Of a stretch of 64,000 nucleotides of DNA, positions 50,385 to 59,267 are shown one piece after another (within the stretch, counting starts at the first letter, position 1; each line of letters begins with the position of its first letter). Made by a program: the position numbers and the translations under genes. The DNA is taken from contig CAXHZO010000005.1 of the NCBI GenBank assembly GCA_964022095.1, forward strand, positions 32,001 to 96,000, given 5' to 3'. The stretch comes from an uncultured Arcobacteraceae bacterium. GTDB taxonomy: Bacteria > Campylobacterota > Campylobacteria > Campylobacterales > Arcobacteraceae. The notes below the pieces were generated by a model. The model was not told the DNA's origin and made no database searches. It saw only the letters and a list, made by a program, of their open reading frames with translations.

Positions 50385-50813
50385 ATGTTGACAAAAACAT
50401 CAAGAGATTTGACAAGTCAAACAGCTTTAAAGCTTTGTGAGTTATCAATTGAAAAGGCTAATGAATTAAATATAAAAATAAATGTAAGTGTTACAGATTC
50501 AAAAGGGATTGAACTTGCATTTATAAGAATGGATGATTCTTTTATTCATTCAAGTCAAATAGCAAAAGATAAGGCTTATACAAGTGCAAGTTTTGGTTTT
50601 AACTCAGATATATGGACTCAAGTTTTCAAAAGTGAACCTCATTTAGAACAAGGTTTTTCTAATAGAGATAGATTAATACCTTTTGGTGGAGGGCTTACTA
50701 TTTTTGAAAATGAAGAAAAAGTTGGAGCCATTGGTGTTTCAGGCGGAACTGAACAAGAAGATATTATTTGCGCGAAGTATGCAATAGAAAGGATAGGATT
50801 AAATAATGAATAA
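50385..50813 (+). CDS. GlcG/HbpS-family haem-binding protein
   Basis: AFIRMD, DKAYTSASFG, GAIGVSGG..QED. Confidence 0.88.
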   Translation: MLTKTSRDLTSQTALKLCELSIEKANELNIKINVSVTDSKGIELAFIRMDDSFIHSSQIAKDKAYTSASFGFNSDIWTQVFKSEPHLEQGFSNRDRLIPFGGGLTIFENEEKVGAIGVSGGTEQEDIICAKYAIERIGLNNE

Positions 50814-52263
50814 AGTACAACACTATATTAACGGACAATTTTTAGATTCATCTTGTGGGGAGTTTTTTGAGAATATCAACCCTATGAATGGTCAAGTATT
50901 ATCTCAAGTAGCCCTAGGACGAGAAGATGAAGTGAATGCAGCAGTTGCAGCAGCTAAAGCAGCTCTTACTGGTGAATGGGGTCAAATGAAATTAAATGAC
51001 AGAATTGCAATGATGTATGAAATTGCTGAGGAAATTGATAGAAGATTTGATGATTTCTTAGAAGCTGAATGTTTAGATACAGGTAAACCTTATTCTATTG
51101 CAAGACATATTGATATCCCAAGAGGTGCTGCAAATTTTAAAGTATTTGCAGACACTATGAAATCTGTTGCAGATGAAGCTTATAGAATGGATACACCTGA
51201 TGGAAAAGTAGCTATGAATTATTCTATGAGAAAACCTAAGGGGGTTATTGGTGTAATTTCTCCATGGAATTTACCATTACTTTTAATGACTTGGAAAGTT
51301 GGTCCTGCAATGGCTTGTGGAAATACAGTAGTTGTGAAACCATCACAAGTTACACCAACAACAACATCTTTACTTGGTGAAGTAATGTCAAAAGTTGGTG
51401 TTCCTTCTGGTGCATATAATGTAGTACAAGGAAAAGGTTCAATTACTGGAAATTTATTAACAGCTCATAAAGATGTAGATGCTTTAACTTTTACAGGTGA
51501 GACAAAAACAGGTGAGATGATTATGAAAGCTTGTTCTCATGGTGTTAGAGATGTATCCTTAGAGCTTGGTGGAAAAAACCCAGCTATTGTTTTTGCTGAT
51601 TGTGATATGGATAAGGCAATTGCTGAGACTACAAGATCGTGTTTTGCTAACTCTGGTCAAGTTTGTTTAGGAACTGAAAGAGTTTATGTTCAAAGAGAAA
51701 TTTTTGATGAATTTGTATCAAAACTAAAAGAGTCAGCTTTAAAACTAAAACTTGGAATTCATAATGATGAATCAGTTGATATGGGGCCAGTAGTTAGTGC
51801 TGCTCATAGAGATAAAGTATTAGAGTTTTATGACATAGCTAAAAAAGAGGGTGCAAATGTAATTTTAGGTGGAGGTGCTCCTAAAATGGAAGGTGATTTA
51901 GCAAATGGATTCTTTGTTGAACCTACTATTTGGACTGGTCTTCCTGAAGATGCAACAGTTGTAAAACAAGAAGTATTTGGACCTTGTTGTCATATTGCAC
52001 CTTTTGATAGTGAAGAAGAAGTTATTAAAATGGCTAATGATACAGATTATGGACTAGCATCTACAATATTTACAGAAAATTTAGATAAGGCTCATAGAGT
52101 AGCTTCACAAATTGACTCAGGAATTGTATGGATTAATTCATGGTTCTTAAGAGATTTAAGAACACCATTTGGTGGAATGAAAGGTTCTGGTATCGGAAGA
52201 GAGGGTGGTCACCACTCATTAGAGTTCTATACTGAACTTAAAAACGTATGTATAAAAATGTAA
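50806..52263 (+). CDS. dmpC: 2-hydroxymuconic semialdehyde dehydrogenase
   Basis: DIPRGAANF, PWNLPLLLMTWK, ELGGKN, GQVCLGTER, WFLRDLRTPFGG. Confidence 0.96.
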   Translation: MNKVQHYINGQFLDSSCGEFFENINPMNGQVLSQVALGREDEVNAAVAAAKAALTGEWGQMKLNDRIAMMYEIAEEIDRRFDDFLEAECLDTGKPYSIARHIDIPRGAANFKVFADTMKSVADEAYRMDTPDGKVAMNYSMRKPKGVIGVISPWNLPLLLMTWKVGPAMACGNTVVVKPSQVTPTTTSLLGEVMSKVGVPSGAYNVVQGKGSITGNLLTAHKDVDALTFTGETKTGEMIMKACSHGVRDVSLELGGKNPAIVFADCDMDKAIAETTRSCFANSGQVCLGTERVYVQREIFDEFVSKLKESALKLKLGIHNDESVDMGPVVSAAHRDKVLEFYDIAKKEGANVILGGGAPKMEGDLANGFFVEPTIWTGLPEDATVVKQEVFGPCCHIAPFDSEEEVIKMANDTDYGLASTIFTENLDKAHRVASQIDSGIVWINSWFLRDLRTPFGGMKGSGIGREGGHHSLEFYTELKNVCIKM

Positions 52264-52272
52264 GGGTGTAAT

Positions 52273-53067
52273 ATGTCAATGACTCAAGAAAAAATTGAAA
52301 AGTATGGAAATGAATTGTATGAGGCTTTAAAAGGAAACTATACAATTGAGCCTATTTCAAATAGAGAACCTGATTCTACAATTGAAGATGCTTATGCTAT
52401 TCAACATCACTTTTTAAAAAGAAGAATGGAAGATGATGGAAGTAAAATTATTGGTAAAAAAATTGGTGTTACATCAAAGGTTGTTATGGACATGTTAGGT
52501 GTTCATCAACCTGATTTTGGTTACCTTTTATCAGATATGATTTACTCTGATGGTGATGTAATAAATGTAACAAGTGGAATGATTCAGCCAAAAGCAGAGG
52601 GTGAAATAGCCTTTGTTTTAAAAGAAGATTTATGTGGACCAGGAGTTACAGCTGCTGATGTTATTAAAGCAACAAAATTTGTAATGCCTTGTTTTGAAAT
52701 AGTTGATTCAAGAATCAAAGATTGGAAAATTAAAATCCAAGATACAGTTGCTGATAACGCTTCATGTGGATATATGGTATTTGGAGGACAAAGTGTATCT
52801 CCTTTAGATGTTGATTTAACAACTTGTGGAATAACTTTAGAGAGAAATGGTGAGTTATTACATACAGGAGCAGGTGCAGCAGCTCTTGGTAGTCCTGTAA
52901 ATGCAGTAGTTTGGCTTGCAAATAAACTTGGAGAGTTTGGTGTATCGCTAAAAGCAGGTGAGGTTATTTTATCAGGGGCTTTATGTGCAATGGTAGATAT
53001 AAAACCAGGTGATAATATGACTGCAAGTATTGGTGGCGTTGGTTCTGCCTCAATCAGATTTGAATAA
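52273..53067 (+). CDS. dmpE: 2-oxopent-4-enoate hydratase
   Basis: GKKIGVTS, QPDFG, PKAEGE, DTVADNAS. Confidence 0.93.
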   Translation: MSMTQEKIEKYGNELYEALKGNYTIEPISNREPDSTIEDAYAIQHHFLKRRMEDDGSKIIGKKIGVTSKVVMDMLGVHQPDFGYLLSDMIYSDGDVINVTSGMIQPKAEGEIAFVLKEDLCGPGVTAADVIKATKFVMPCFEIVDSRIKDWKIKIQDTVADNASCGYMVFGGQSVSPLDVDLTTCGITLERNGELLHTGAGAAALGSPVNAVVWLANKLGEFGVSLKAGEVILSGALCAMVDIKPGDNMTASIGGVGSASIRFE

Positions 53068-53079
53068 AAGGTAAATACA

Positions 53080-53964
53080 ATGGAAAAAATAAATTGTGCA
53101 TTAATTGGGTCTGGAAATATTGGAACAGACCTAATGTATAAACTAAAAAGAAGTGAAATATTAAATCCTTTATGGATGGTTGGTATTGACCCTGAGTCTG
53201 ATGGTTTATTAAGAGCTAAAGAAGATGGTATGAAAACAACAGCCGAAGGTGTTGATGGATTACTTCCTTTTATTAAAGAAGATGGTGTAAAGATTGCATT
53301 TGATGCAACATCAGCTTATGTTCATGGTGAAAATAATAAAAAGTTAGCGGAACTTGGAGTTCAAGTTATTGATTTAACTCCTGCTGCAATAGGACCATTT
53401 TGTGTGCCATCAGTTAATATGGAAGAGCTACTTGCTCAAAATACTCAAAATGTAAATATGGTTACTTGTGGTGGGCAAGCTACTATTCCTATGATTGCCG
53501 CTGTATCAAAAGTTCAGGAAGTTGAATATGCAGAAATTGTAGCAACAGCAGCTTCTAAGTCAGCAGGTCCAGGAACTCGTGCTAATATTGATGAGTTTAC
53601 TGAAACTACAAAACTTGGAATAGAGCAAGTAGGTGGTGCTAAAAAAGGTAAAGCAATTATTATTTTAAATCCTGCAGAACCACCTTTAATGATGAGAGAT
53701 ACAATTCATTGTTTAACAAGTGAAAAACCTGATGAAGAAGCTATTACTAAATCAATCCATGAAATGGTTGAAACTATGCAAGAGTTTATTCCAGGGTATG
53801 TGTTAAAAAATGGACCAGTTTTTGATGGTAATAAAATCTCTATTTGGTTAGAAATTGAAGGTTTGGGGGATTATTTGCCTAAGTATGCAGGTAACCTAGA
53901 CATTATTACAGCAGCAGCAACAAATATTGCAGAACAAATGGCTAAAAAGATTAAAGGAGCATAA
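53080..53964 (+). CDS. dmpF: acylating acetaldehyde dehydrogenase
   Basis: [39 protein letters not shown]. Confidence 0.96.
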   Translation: MEKINCALIGSGNIGTDLMYKLKRSEILNPLWMVGIDPESDGLLRAKEDGMKTTAEGVDGLLPFIKEDGVKIAFDATSAYVHGENNKKLAELGVQVIDLTPAAIGPFCVPSVNMEELLAQNTQNVNMVTCGGQATIPMIAAVSKVQEVEYAEIVATAASKSAGPGTRANIDEFTETTKLGIEQVGGAKKGKAIIILNPAEPPLMMRDTIHCLTSEKPDEEAITKSIHEMVETMQEFIPGYVLKNGPVFDGNKISIWLEIEGLGDYLPKYAGNLDIITAAATNIAEQMAKKIKGA

Positions 53965-53965
53965 G

Positions 53966-54994
53966 ATGGATTTACAAGGTAAAAAAATAAAAATTCATGA
54001 TATGTCTTTAAGAGATGGAATGCACTCAATTAGACATCAATTTTCACTTGAAGAGATGACAAATATGTCAACAGCAATGGATAAAGCAGGTGTTCCTTTT
54101 ATTGAAGTTACTCATGGAGATGGACTTGGTGGTTCATCACTTAACTATGGATGGGGAAGACATACTGATGAAGAGTGGTTAGATGCAGTAGTGCCAAATA
54201 TGACACAAGCTAAAATCTCAGCTCTTTTACTTCCAGGAATCGGTATTGTAAAAGATTTAGAAAAAGCTGTTGATCATGGTATTTCTATGGTTAGAGTAGC
54301 AACTCATTGTACGGAAGCTGATTGTTCAGCCCAACATATAAAAGCTGCTAAATCAATGGGACTTGATACAGTTGGATTTTTAATGATGGCTCATATGGTT
54401 GATGAAAAAAGATTAGTTGAGGAAGCTTCTAAAATGGTTTCTTATGGAGCTACTACTATTTATGCAACTGATTCAGCTGGCTACTTACTTCCTGATATGG
54501 TAAGTTCTAGAATTAAAGCATTAAAAGCAGAGTTTGGTGATGAAATTGAACTTGGTTTCCATGGGCACAATAATTTATCAATGGGTGTTGCAAACTCTTT
54601 AGCTGCTATTGAAGCAGGTGCTACACGAATTGATGCTTCACTTGCAGGTTTTGGAGCAGGTTCTGGAAACACTGCAACTGAAGTATTAGTTGCTGTTTGT
54701 AATAGAATGGGTGTTGATACAGGTGTTAATCTTGAAGCTATTGAAGATGCAGCTGAGGATATTGCACTTCCTATTATGGGTAAACCTACAAGAATCTCAA
54801 GGGATTCTATTACTTTAGGTTATGCAGGTGTTTATTCATCATTTTTACTATTTGCTAGACGAGCAGAAGAAAAGTATGGAATAGATGCAAGATCTTTACT
54901 TGTTGAATTAGGTAGAAGAGGAATGATTGGTGGTCAAGAGGATATGATTGATGATTGTGCTATGGAATTAGCTAAACAAAAAGGATTATTATAA
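53966..54994 (+). CDS. dmpG: 4-hydroxy-2-oxovalerate aldolase
   Basis: [45 protein letters not shown] at 53966 after SD AGGAG. Confidence 0.96.
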   Translation: MDLQGKKIKIHDMSLRDGMHSIRHQFSLEEMTNMSTAMDKAGVPFIEVTHGDGLGGSSLNYGWGRHTDEEWLDAVVPNMTQAKISALLLPGIGIVKDLEKAVDHGISMVRVATHCTEADCSAQHIKAAKSMGLDTVGFLMMAHMVDEKRLVEEASKMVSYGATTIYATDSAGYLLPDMVSSRIKALKAEFGDEIELGFHGHNNLSMGVANSLAAIEAGATRIDASLAGFGAGSGNTATEVLVAVCNRMGVDTGVNLEAIEDAAEDIALPIMGKPTRISRDSITLGYAGVYSSFLLFARRAEEKYGIDARSLLVELGRRGMIGGQEDMIDDCAMELAKQKGLL

Positions 54995-55782
54995 TGGCAT
55001 TAGATAAAGCAACAATAGAAAAACTTGCAAAGCATTGTGAAGATGCAGAATTGCAAGCTTATGAGATTACAAAAATTACTGATGATTACCCAGAAATGAC
55101 ATATGAAGATGCATATGATATTCAATGGACTGCAAGGGCTGCTAAGGAAGCAAGAGGTCATAAAATAGTTGGTATGAAAATGGGGCTTACTTCACAGGCT
55201 AAAATGAAACAAATGGGAGTTCCAAATCCTTGTTATGGATATCTTGCTGATTACTTTGCATATGGTGATGGGGCAGAAATACCATATGACGAATTAATTC
55301 ATCCAAAAGTTGAAGCTGAAATTGCTTTTGTATTAAAAGATGATTTAAGTGGTCCGGGATGTCATATAGGTGATGTATTAGCTGCTACTGATTTTGTAAT
55401 GCCTGCTGTTGAGATTATTGATTCAAGATATAAGGATTTTAAATTTGATTTAAAATCTGTAATTGCTGATAACTCTTCATCTTCTAGATATGTAAGTGGT
55501 GGTATGGCAAAAAAAGCTAATGAAGTTGATTTAAAAACTTTAGGTGTCGTAATGGAAATAAATGGTGAAGTTGTACAACTTGGAGCAGGAGCTGCAGTTC
55601 TTGGTCATCCAGCAACTGCTATTGCAATGCTTGCAAATATGATGAGTGAACGAGGTGAGGTTTTAAAGGCTGGATCTTATATCTTAAGTGGAGCAATTAC
55701 AGCTGCAACTACTGTTAATAAAGGTGATAATGTAACTGTTAAGTTTCAAGATTTAGGAACTTTATCATTTAAATTTGTATAG
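54994..55782 (+). CDS. dmpH: 4-oxalocrotonate decarboxylase
   Basis: KMGLTS.AKMKQMGV, IHPKVEAE, FKFDLKSVIADN. Confidence 0.94.
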   Translation: MALDKATIEKLAKHCEDAELQAYEITKITDDYPEMTYEDAYDIQWTARAAKEARGHKIVGMKMGLTSQAKMKQMGVPNPCYGYLADYFAYGDGAEIPYDELIHPKVEAEIAFVLKDDLSGPGCHIGDVLAATDFVMPAVEIIDSRYKDFKFDLKSVIADNSSSSRYVSGGMAKKANEVDLKTLGVVMEINGEVVQLGAGAAVLGHPATAIAMLANMMSERGEVLKAGSYILSGAITAATTVNKGDNVTVKFQDLGTLSFKFV

Positions 55783-55790
55783 AAAATAAG

Positions 55791-55937
55791 AGCAACTTAT
55801 TGCTTTTAAAAAATGGGATATTTTAAGGACAACTTGTTGTCCCTTTAGGGTTTGCTTCTTTAAAGATGGCTTTGCCATCTTGTTAAAAGAAGTTAAATAT
55901 GTAAGGTCCCTTAAAAAATGGGACATTTTTTAAGGAG
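55791..55937 (+). repeat. intercistronic cluster of hairpins with a duplicated ~24-bp unit
   Basis: TTAAAAAATGGGA(T/C)ATTTT..AAGGA at 55806-55829 and 55911-55936; palindromes AGCAA/TTGCT, GGACAA/TTGTCC, AAGATGGC/GCCATCTT. Confidence 0.75.
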
Positions 55938-55943
55938 TATATT

Positions 55944-56135
55944 ATGCCAATAGCAACTATAAATATAATCGAAGGCAGATCTGATGAGCAAAAAGAGAAG
56001 CTTATAGAAAAAGTAACTCAAGCAATTCACGAAGCTATAGATGCACCAAAACAAAATGTTAGAGTGATTTTAAATGAAATGCCAAAACAACATTTTGGAA
56101 TAGGTGGAGAAAGTGTAAAAAAGATGGGGCGATAA
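55944..56135 (+). CDS. dmpI: 4-oxalocrotonate tautomerase
   Basis: Catalytic Pro1, EGRS.EQK, VRV, HFGIGG. Confidence 0.95.
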   Translation: MPIATINIIEGRSDEQKEKLIEKVTQAIHEAIDAPKQNVRVILNEMPKQHFGIGGESVKKMGR

Positions 56136-56136
56136 A

Positions 56137-57144
56137 GTGTTAAAATTAAGTGTATTAGACCAATCTCCAATTCATGATGGAAAAGAAGCAAAGCAAGGCT
56201 TATTTGATACTATTGAATTAGCAAAATCTTGTGAAGACTTAGGTTATTATAGATATTTATTAGCAGAACATCATGATACACCTGGCTATGCTTCTTGTGC
56301 CCCTGAGATTATGGTTAGTGCAGTTGCTTCAAATGCTTCAAAAATTAGAGTTGGTAGTGGTGGAGTTATGCTAAATCACTATAGCTCTTTTAAAGTAGCA
56401 GAGACTTTTAATACACTTAATGCTTTATACGATAATAGGATTGATTTAGGTGTAGGAAGAGCTAGTGGCGGAAGTTTTTTAGCTACTAGAGCTTTGCATT
56501 CAAATCAAAGTGATTATTCAAAAAAAGTTTATGAAACAATAAATTATTTAGATAAAACAGTTCCTTTAAATTCTTCATTTAGTGGATTGACTTTATCCCC
56601 AGTTCAAGAAAATAGTACTCCTGTGTATTTACTAGGTTCTAGTAATTCAAGTTCTTCTTTAGCAGGAGTTTTAGGTGCAGGTTTTATCTTAGCACTATTT
56701 ATAGGAACACATGAAAGAAATTCTTCAATAATACAAGAGTATAAAAAAACATTTAATAAAAGTCATAATTTTAAAAAGCCAAAAGCTAGTATTGCAGTTG
56801 CTTGTATTGTTGCAAAGGATAAAGAAGAAGCAAGATATATAGCAAGTACACATACTTATTGGAAGTTACAAGCTTTCAGACAGCCTACAAGGGATGATTT
56901 ACAAAGCCCACAAGCAGTTCAAGAACTAATAAAAGATTTAAGCCTTGAAGATAGACAATATTATGAAGAAACAATGAATACCATGATATTGGGTAATGCA
57001 AAAGAGTGTAAAGAAGAAATAGAGAAATTAGCTTTAGAATATGAAGTTGATGAGGTAATTATTGTGAATGTGACTTATTCTTTTGAGCATAGAAAAAGAT
57101 CATATGAACTTTTAGCAAAAGAGTTTGATTTAAATAAGGAGTAA
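56137..57144 (+). CDS. luciferase-like (LLM) flavin-dependent oxidoreductase
   Basis: LSVLDQSP, AEHH, RVGSGGVML.HYS..KVAE, RIDLGVGRA. Confidence 0.9.
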   Translation: MLKLSVLDQSPIHDGKEAKQGLFDTIELAKSCEDLGYYRYLLAEHHDTPGYASCAPEIMVSAVASNASKIRVGSGGVMLNHYSSFKVAETFNTLNALYDNRIDLGVGRASGGSFLATRALHSNQSDYSKKVYETINYLDKTVPLNSSFSGLTLSPVQENSTPVYLLGSSNSSSSLAGVLGAGFILALFIGTHERNSSIIQEYKKTFNKSHNFKKPKASIAVACIVAKDKEEARYIASTHTYWKLQAFRQPTRDDLQSPQAVQELIKDLSLEDRQYYEETMNTMILGNAKECKEEIEKLALEYEVDEVIIVNVTYSFEHRKRSYELLAKEFDLNKE

Positions 57145-57146
57145 AA

Positions 57147-57965
57147 ATGTCAAATCCAGAAATAGCAAATAGTATTAATACGGGTAATTATAATACTAAC
57201 TATCATGATTTAGGTGAGGGTGAAGTAGTTTTATTTATCCATGGTTCAGGACCAGGGGTTTCAGCCTTTGCAAACTGGAGATTAACAATGCCCCAGCTTG
57301 CAAAAAACTTTAGAGTAATAGCTCCTGATATGGTAGGCTTTGGTTATAGTGATAGACCTAATGATATTACTTATAGTATGGATGTATGGGTAGAGCAAGC
57401 TATTAATTTAATGGATGCTTTAAAAATAGAAGAATTTAATATCGTTGGTAACTCTTTTGGTGGAGGCTTGGCTTTATGTTTAGCTATAAAATATCCAAAT
57501 AGAGTGAATAAAATGGTATTAATGGGTGCAATGGGTGTTGATTTTGAAATAACAGCTGGACTTGATCAAGCATGGGGATATACTCCAAGTATAGAAAACA
57601 TGAAAGCTTTATTAGATACATTTGCATATAGTAGAGAACTAGTAACAGATGATTTAGCAAAAATGAGATATGAAGCTAGTATTAGACCTGGATTTCAAGA
57701 ATCATTTAGTTCAATGTTTCCCGAACCAAGACAAAATAGTGTAAAATCAATGGCAAGTGATGAAAAAGAAATAGCTTCTATTGATAAAGATGTTTTAATT
57801 ATCCATGGTAGAGATGATAAGGTGATTCCTTTTGAAAACTCAATTAGATTGCATAATCTAATAGAAAAGTCACAATTACATGGTTTTGGACAATGTGGAC
57901 ATTGGTCTCAAATAGAACATAAGGATAGATTTAATAAACTACTTGAAGATTTCTTTTTAGAATAG
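57147..57965 (+). CDS. dmpD: 2-hydroxymuconic semialdehyde hydrolase
   Basis: HGSGPGV.A.ANW, GNSFGG, HGRDD, CGHW.QIEH. Confidence 0.93.
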   Translation: MSNPEIANSINTGNYNTNYHDLGEGEVVLFIHGSGPGVSAFANWRLTMPQLAKNFRVIAPDMVGFGYSDRPNDITYSMDVWVEQAINLMDALKIEEFNIVGNSFGGGLALCLAIKYPNRVNKMVLMGAMGVDFEITAGLDQAWGYTPSIENMKALLDTFAYSRELVTDDLAKMRYEASIRPGFQESFSSMFPEPRQNSVKSMASDEKEIASIDKDVLIIHGRDDKVIPFENSIRLHNLIEKSQLHGFGQCGHWSQIEHKDRFNKLLEDFFLE

Positions 57966-57973
57966 GAGTAGAT

Positions 57974-58912
57974 ATGAACTTTTTAATTTTAGGTACAGGT
58001 GGAATAGGCGCATTTTACGGAGCAAGATTATTAAGTTCATCAAATAAAGTTACATTTGTCGCAAGGAGTTTGCACTTAGAAGCTATAAGAAAAAATGGCT
58101 TACAAGTGCAACATCCTGATTTTTCCTTCTCTCAAAAAGTAGATGTATCACAACTACAAGATATAGACTTCACTTCTTTAAATATTGATGTAATAATTCT
58201 AACTACAAAATCAAATACAACTAAAATAATAGCAAAAGAGCTTTCTTTTAAACTAGATACATTAAAAGACAAACCATATATTTTATCTTTACAAAATGGT
58301 GTTGAGAATGAGAAATTTTTATGTGAATATTTTCAAAAAGATAAAATAATAGGTGGACTAACTAGAAAAATAGGTGCTCATATTATAAAACCCTCTTTTA
58401 TAGAAGCCACAGGTAAAGTAGAAACTCTAATAGGTGCAATTTCCCAAACTAAAGAAAACACAGCTTTTTTAAAGAAGTTAAATAAAAGTATAAATGAAGC
58501 TGGTATTTTATGTGAAGTTGTTGATGATATAAATAAAGAGCTTTGGAAAAAACTTATTATAAACAATGGAGTAAATGCTATTTGTGCTTTACTCAAAATT
58601 AAAACTGGTGTTTTAATGAATAATGAAAAACTTTCATCTTTAGTTTATAGTCTAATGAAAGAGACTCAAAGTGCTGCAAAAGCTTGTAGTATAGAAATTA
58701 CTAACAATGAACTAAGTCAAATGTATGAGTTAATTAAAAATTTTGACTCAATTAAACCCTCAATGCTAGTTGATAGAGAGTTTAAAAGAGAATTAGAAAT
58801 AGATGAAATCTGTAATGTAGTAATAAACTATAATAAAATGCAAAATATAGATAGCCCTTATACTAAATCAATCTCTTATTTACTTGATTTTGTGTATAAA
58901 AATGAAAAATAA
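57974..58912 (+). CDS. ketopantoate reductase (PanE/ApbA)-family protein, copy 2
   Basis: GTGGIG, LQNGV, WKKLIINNGVNAICALL, KPSMLVD, ELEID. Confidence 0.88.
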   Translation: MNFLILGTGGIGAFYGARLLSSSNKVTFVARSLHLEAIRKNGLQVQHPDFSFSQKVDVSQLQDIDFTSLNIDVIILTTKSNTTKIIAKELSFKLDTLKDKPYILSLQNGVENEKFLCEYFQKDKIIGGLTRKIGAHIIKPSFIEATGKVETLIGAISQTKENTAFLKKLNKSINEAGILCEVVDDINKELWKKLIINNGVNAICALLKIKTGVLMNNEKLSSLVYSLMKETQSAAKACSIEITNNELSQMYELIKNFDSIKPSMLVDREFKRELEIDEICNVVINYNKMQNIDSPYTKSISYLLDFVYKNEK

Positions 58913-58920
58913 AACTATTT

Positions 58921-58952
58921 GCGATTAATCTGCGATAAGTTTTTATTATTAT
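58921..58952 (+). promoter_or_regulatory. GCGAT-box promoter upstream of an ORF-free structured segment
   Basis: GCGAT-TAATCT-GCGAT-AAGTTTTTAT-TATTAT. Confidence 0.72.
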
Positions 58953-58958
58953 TACCTT

Positions 58959-59146
58959 TGAAATAGGTGCAAGTGATATATTTATTTTTGAAGTTGTAGT
59001 ACCTATTATGTTTTTTGCTTTTAAACTTATAAATGCTTTCTTTTTATCACTTACAACTTCAAAGCGACTTATATGAAGTTTCTCCTTTCATAAAAAAATG
59101 ATTTAGACATAAATACGGCATTTTATATGCCGTATGCCCTTATTTT
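58959..59146 (+). ncRNA. candidate sRNA (or long structured leader) with anti-SD loop
   Basis: Own motif promoter, no credible ORF, several inverted repeats, loop GTTTCTCCT, 3' hairpin ATACGGCAT/ATGCCGTAT; ends approximate. Confidence 0.5.
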
Positions 59147-59160
59147 AACTTATAAAAAGT

Positions 59161-59192
59161 GCGATAATTTTGCGATTTAATTTAATTAAAAT
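59161..59192 (+). promoter_or_regulatory. GCGAT-box promoter of porin gene
   Basis: GCGAT-AATTTT-GCGAT-TTAATTTAAT-TAAAAT; first 16 bp identical to the dmpK site. Confidence 0.8.
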
Positions 59193-59267
59193 CTTTAATG
59201 TAGAGTACCAACTATATATTGCGCGTGTATGGTAGTCTAGAAAATTTCGAAATCTTGGAGAGATAAA

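Noticed and set aside
59061-59093. Minus-strand micro-ORF MKGETSYKSL, or reading TCTCCT as a minus-strand SD
   Set aside because: The AAGGAG lies inside the 10-codon frame and no start codon follows it at SD spacing
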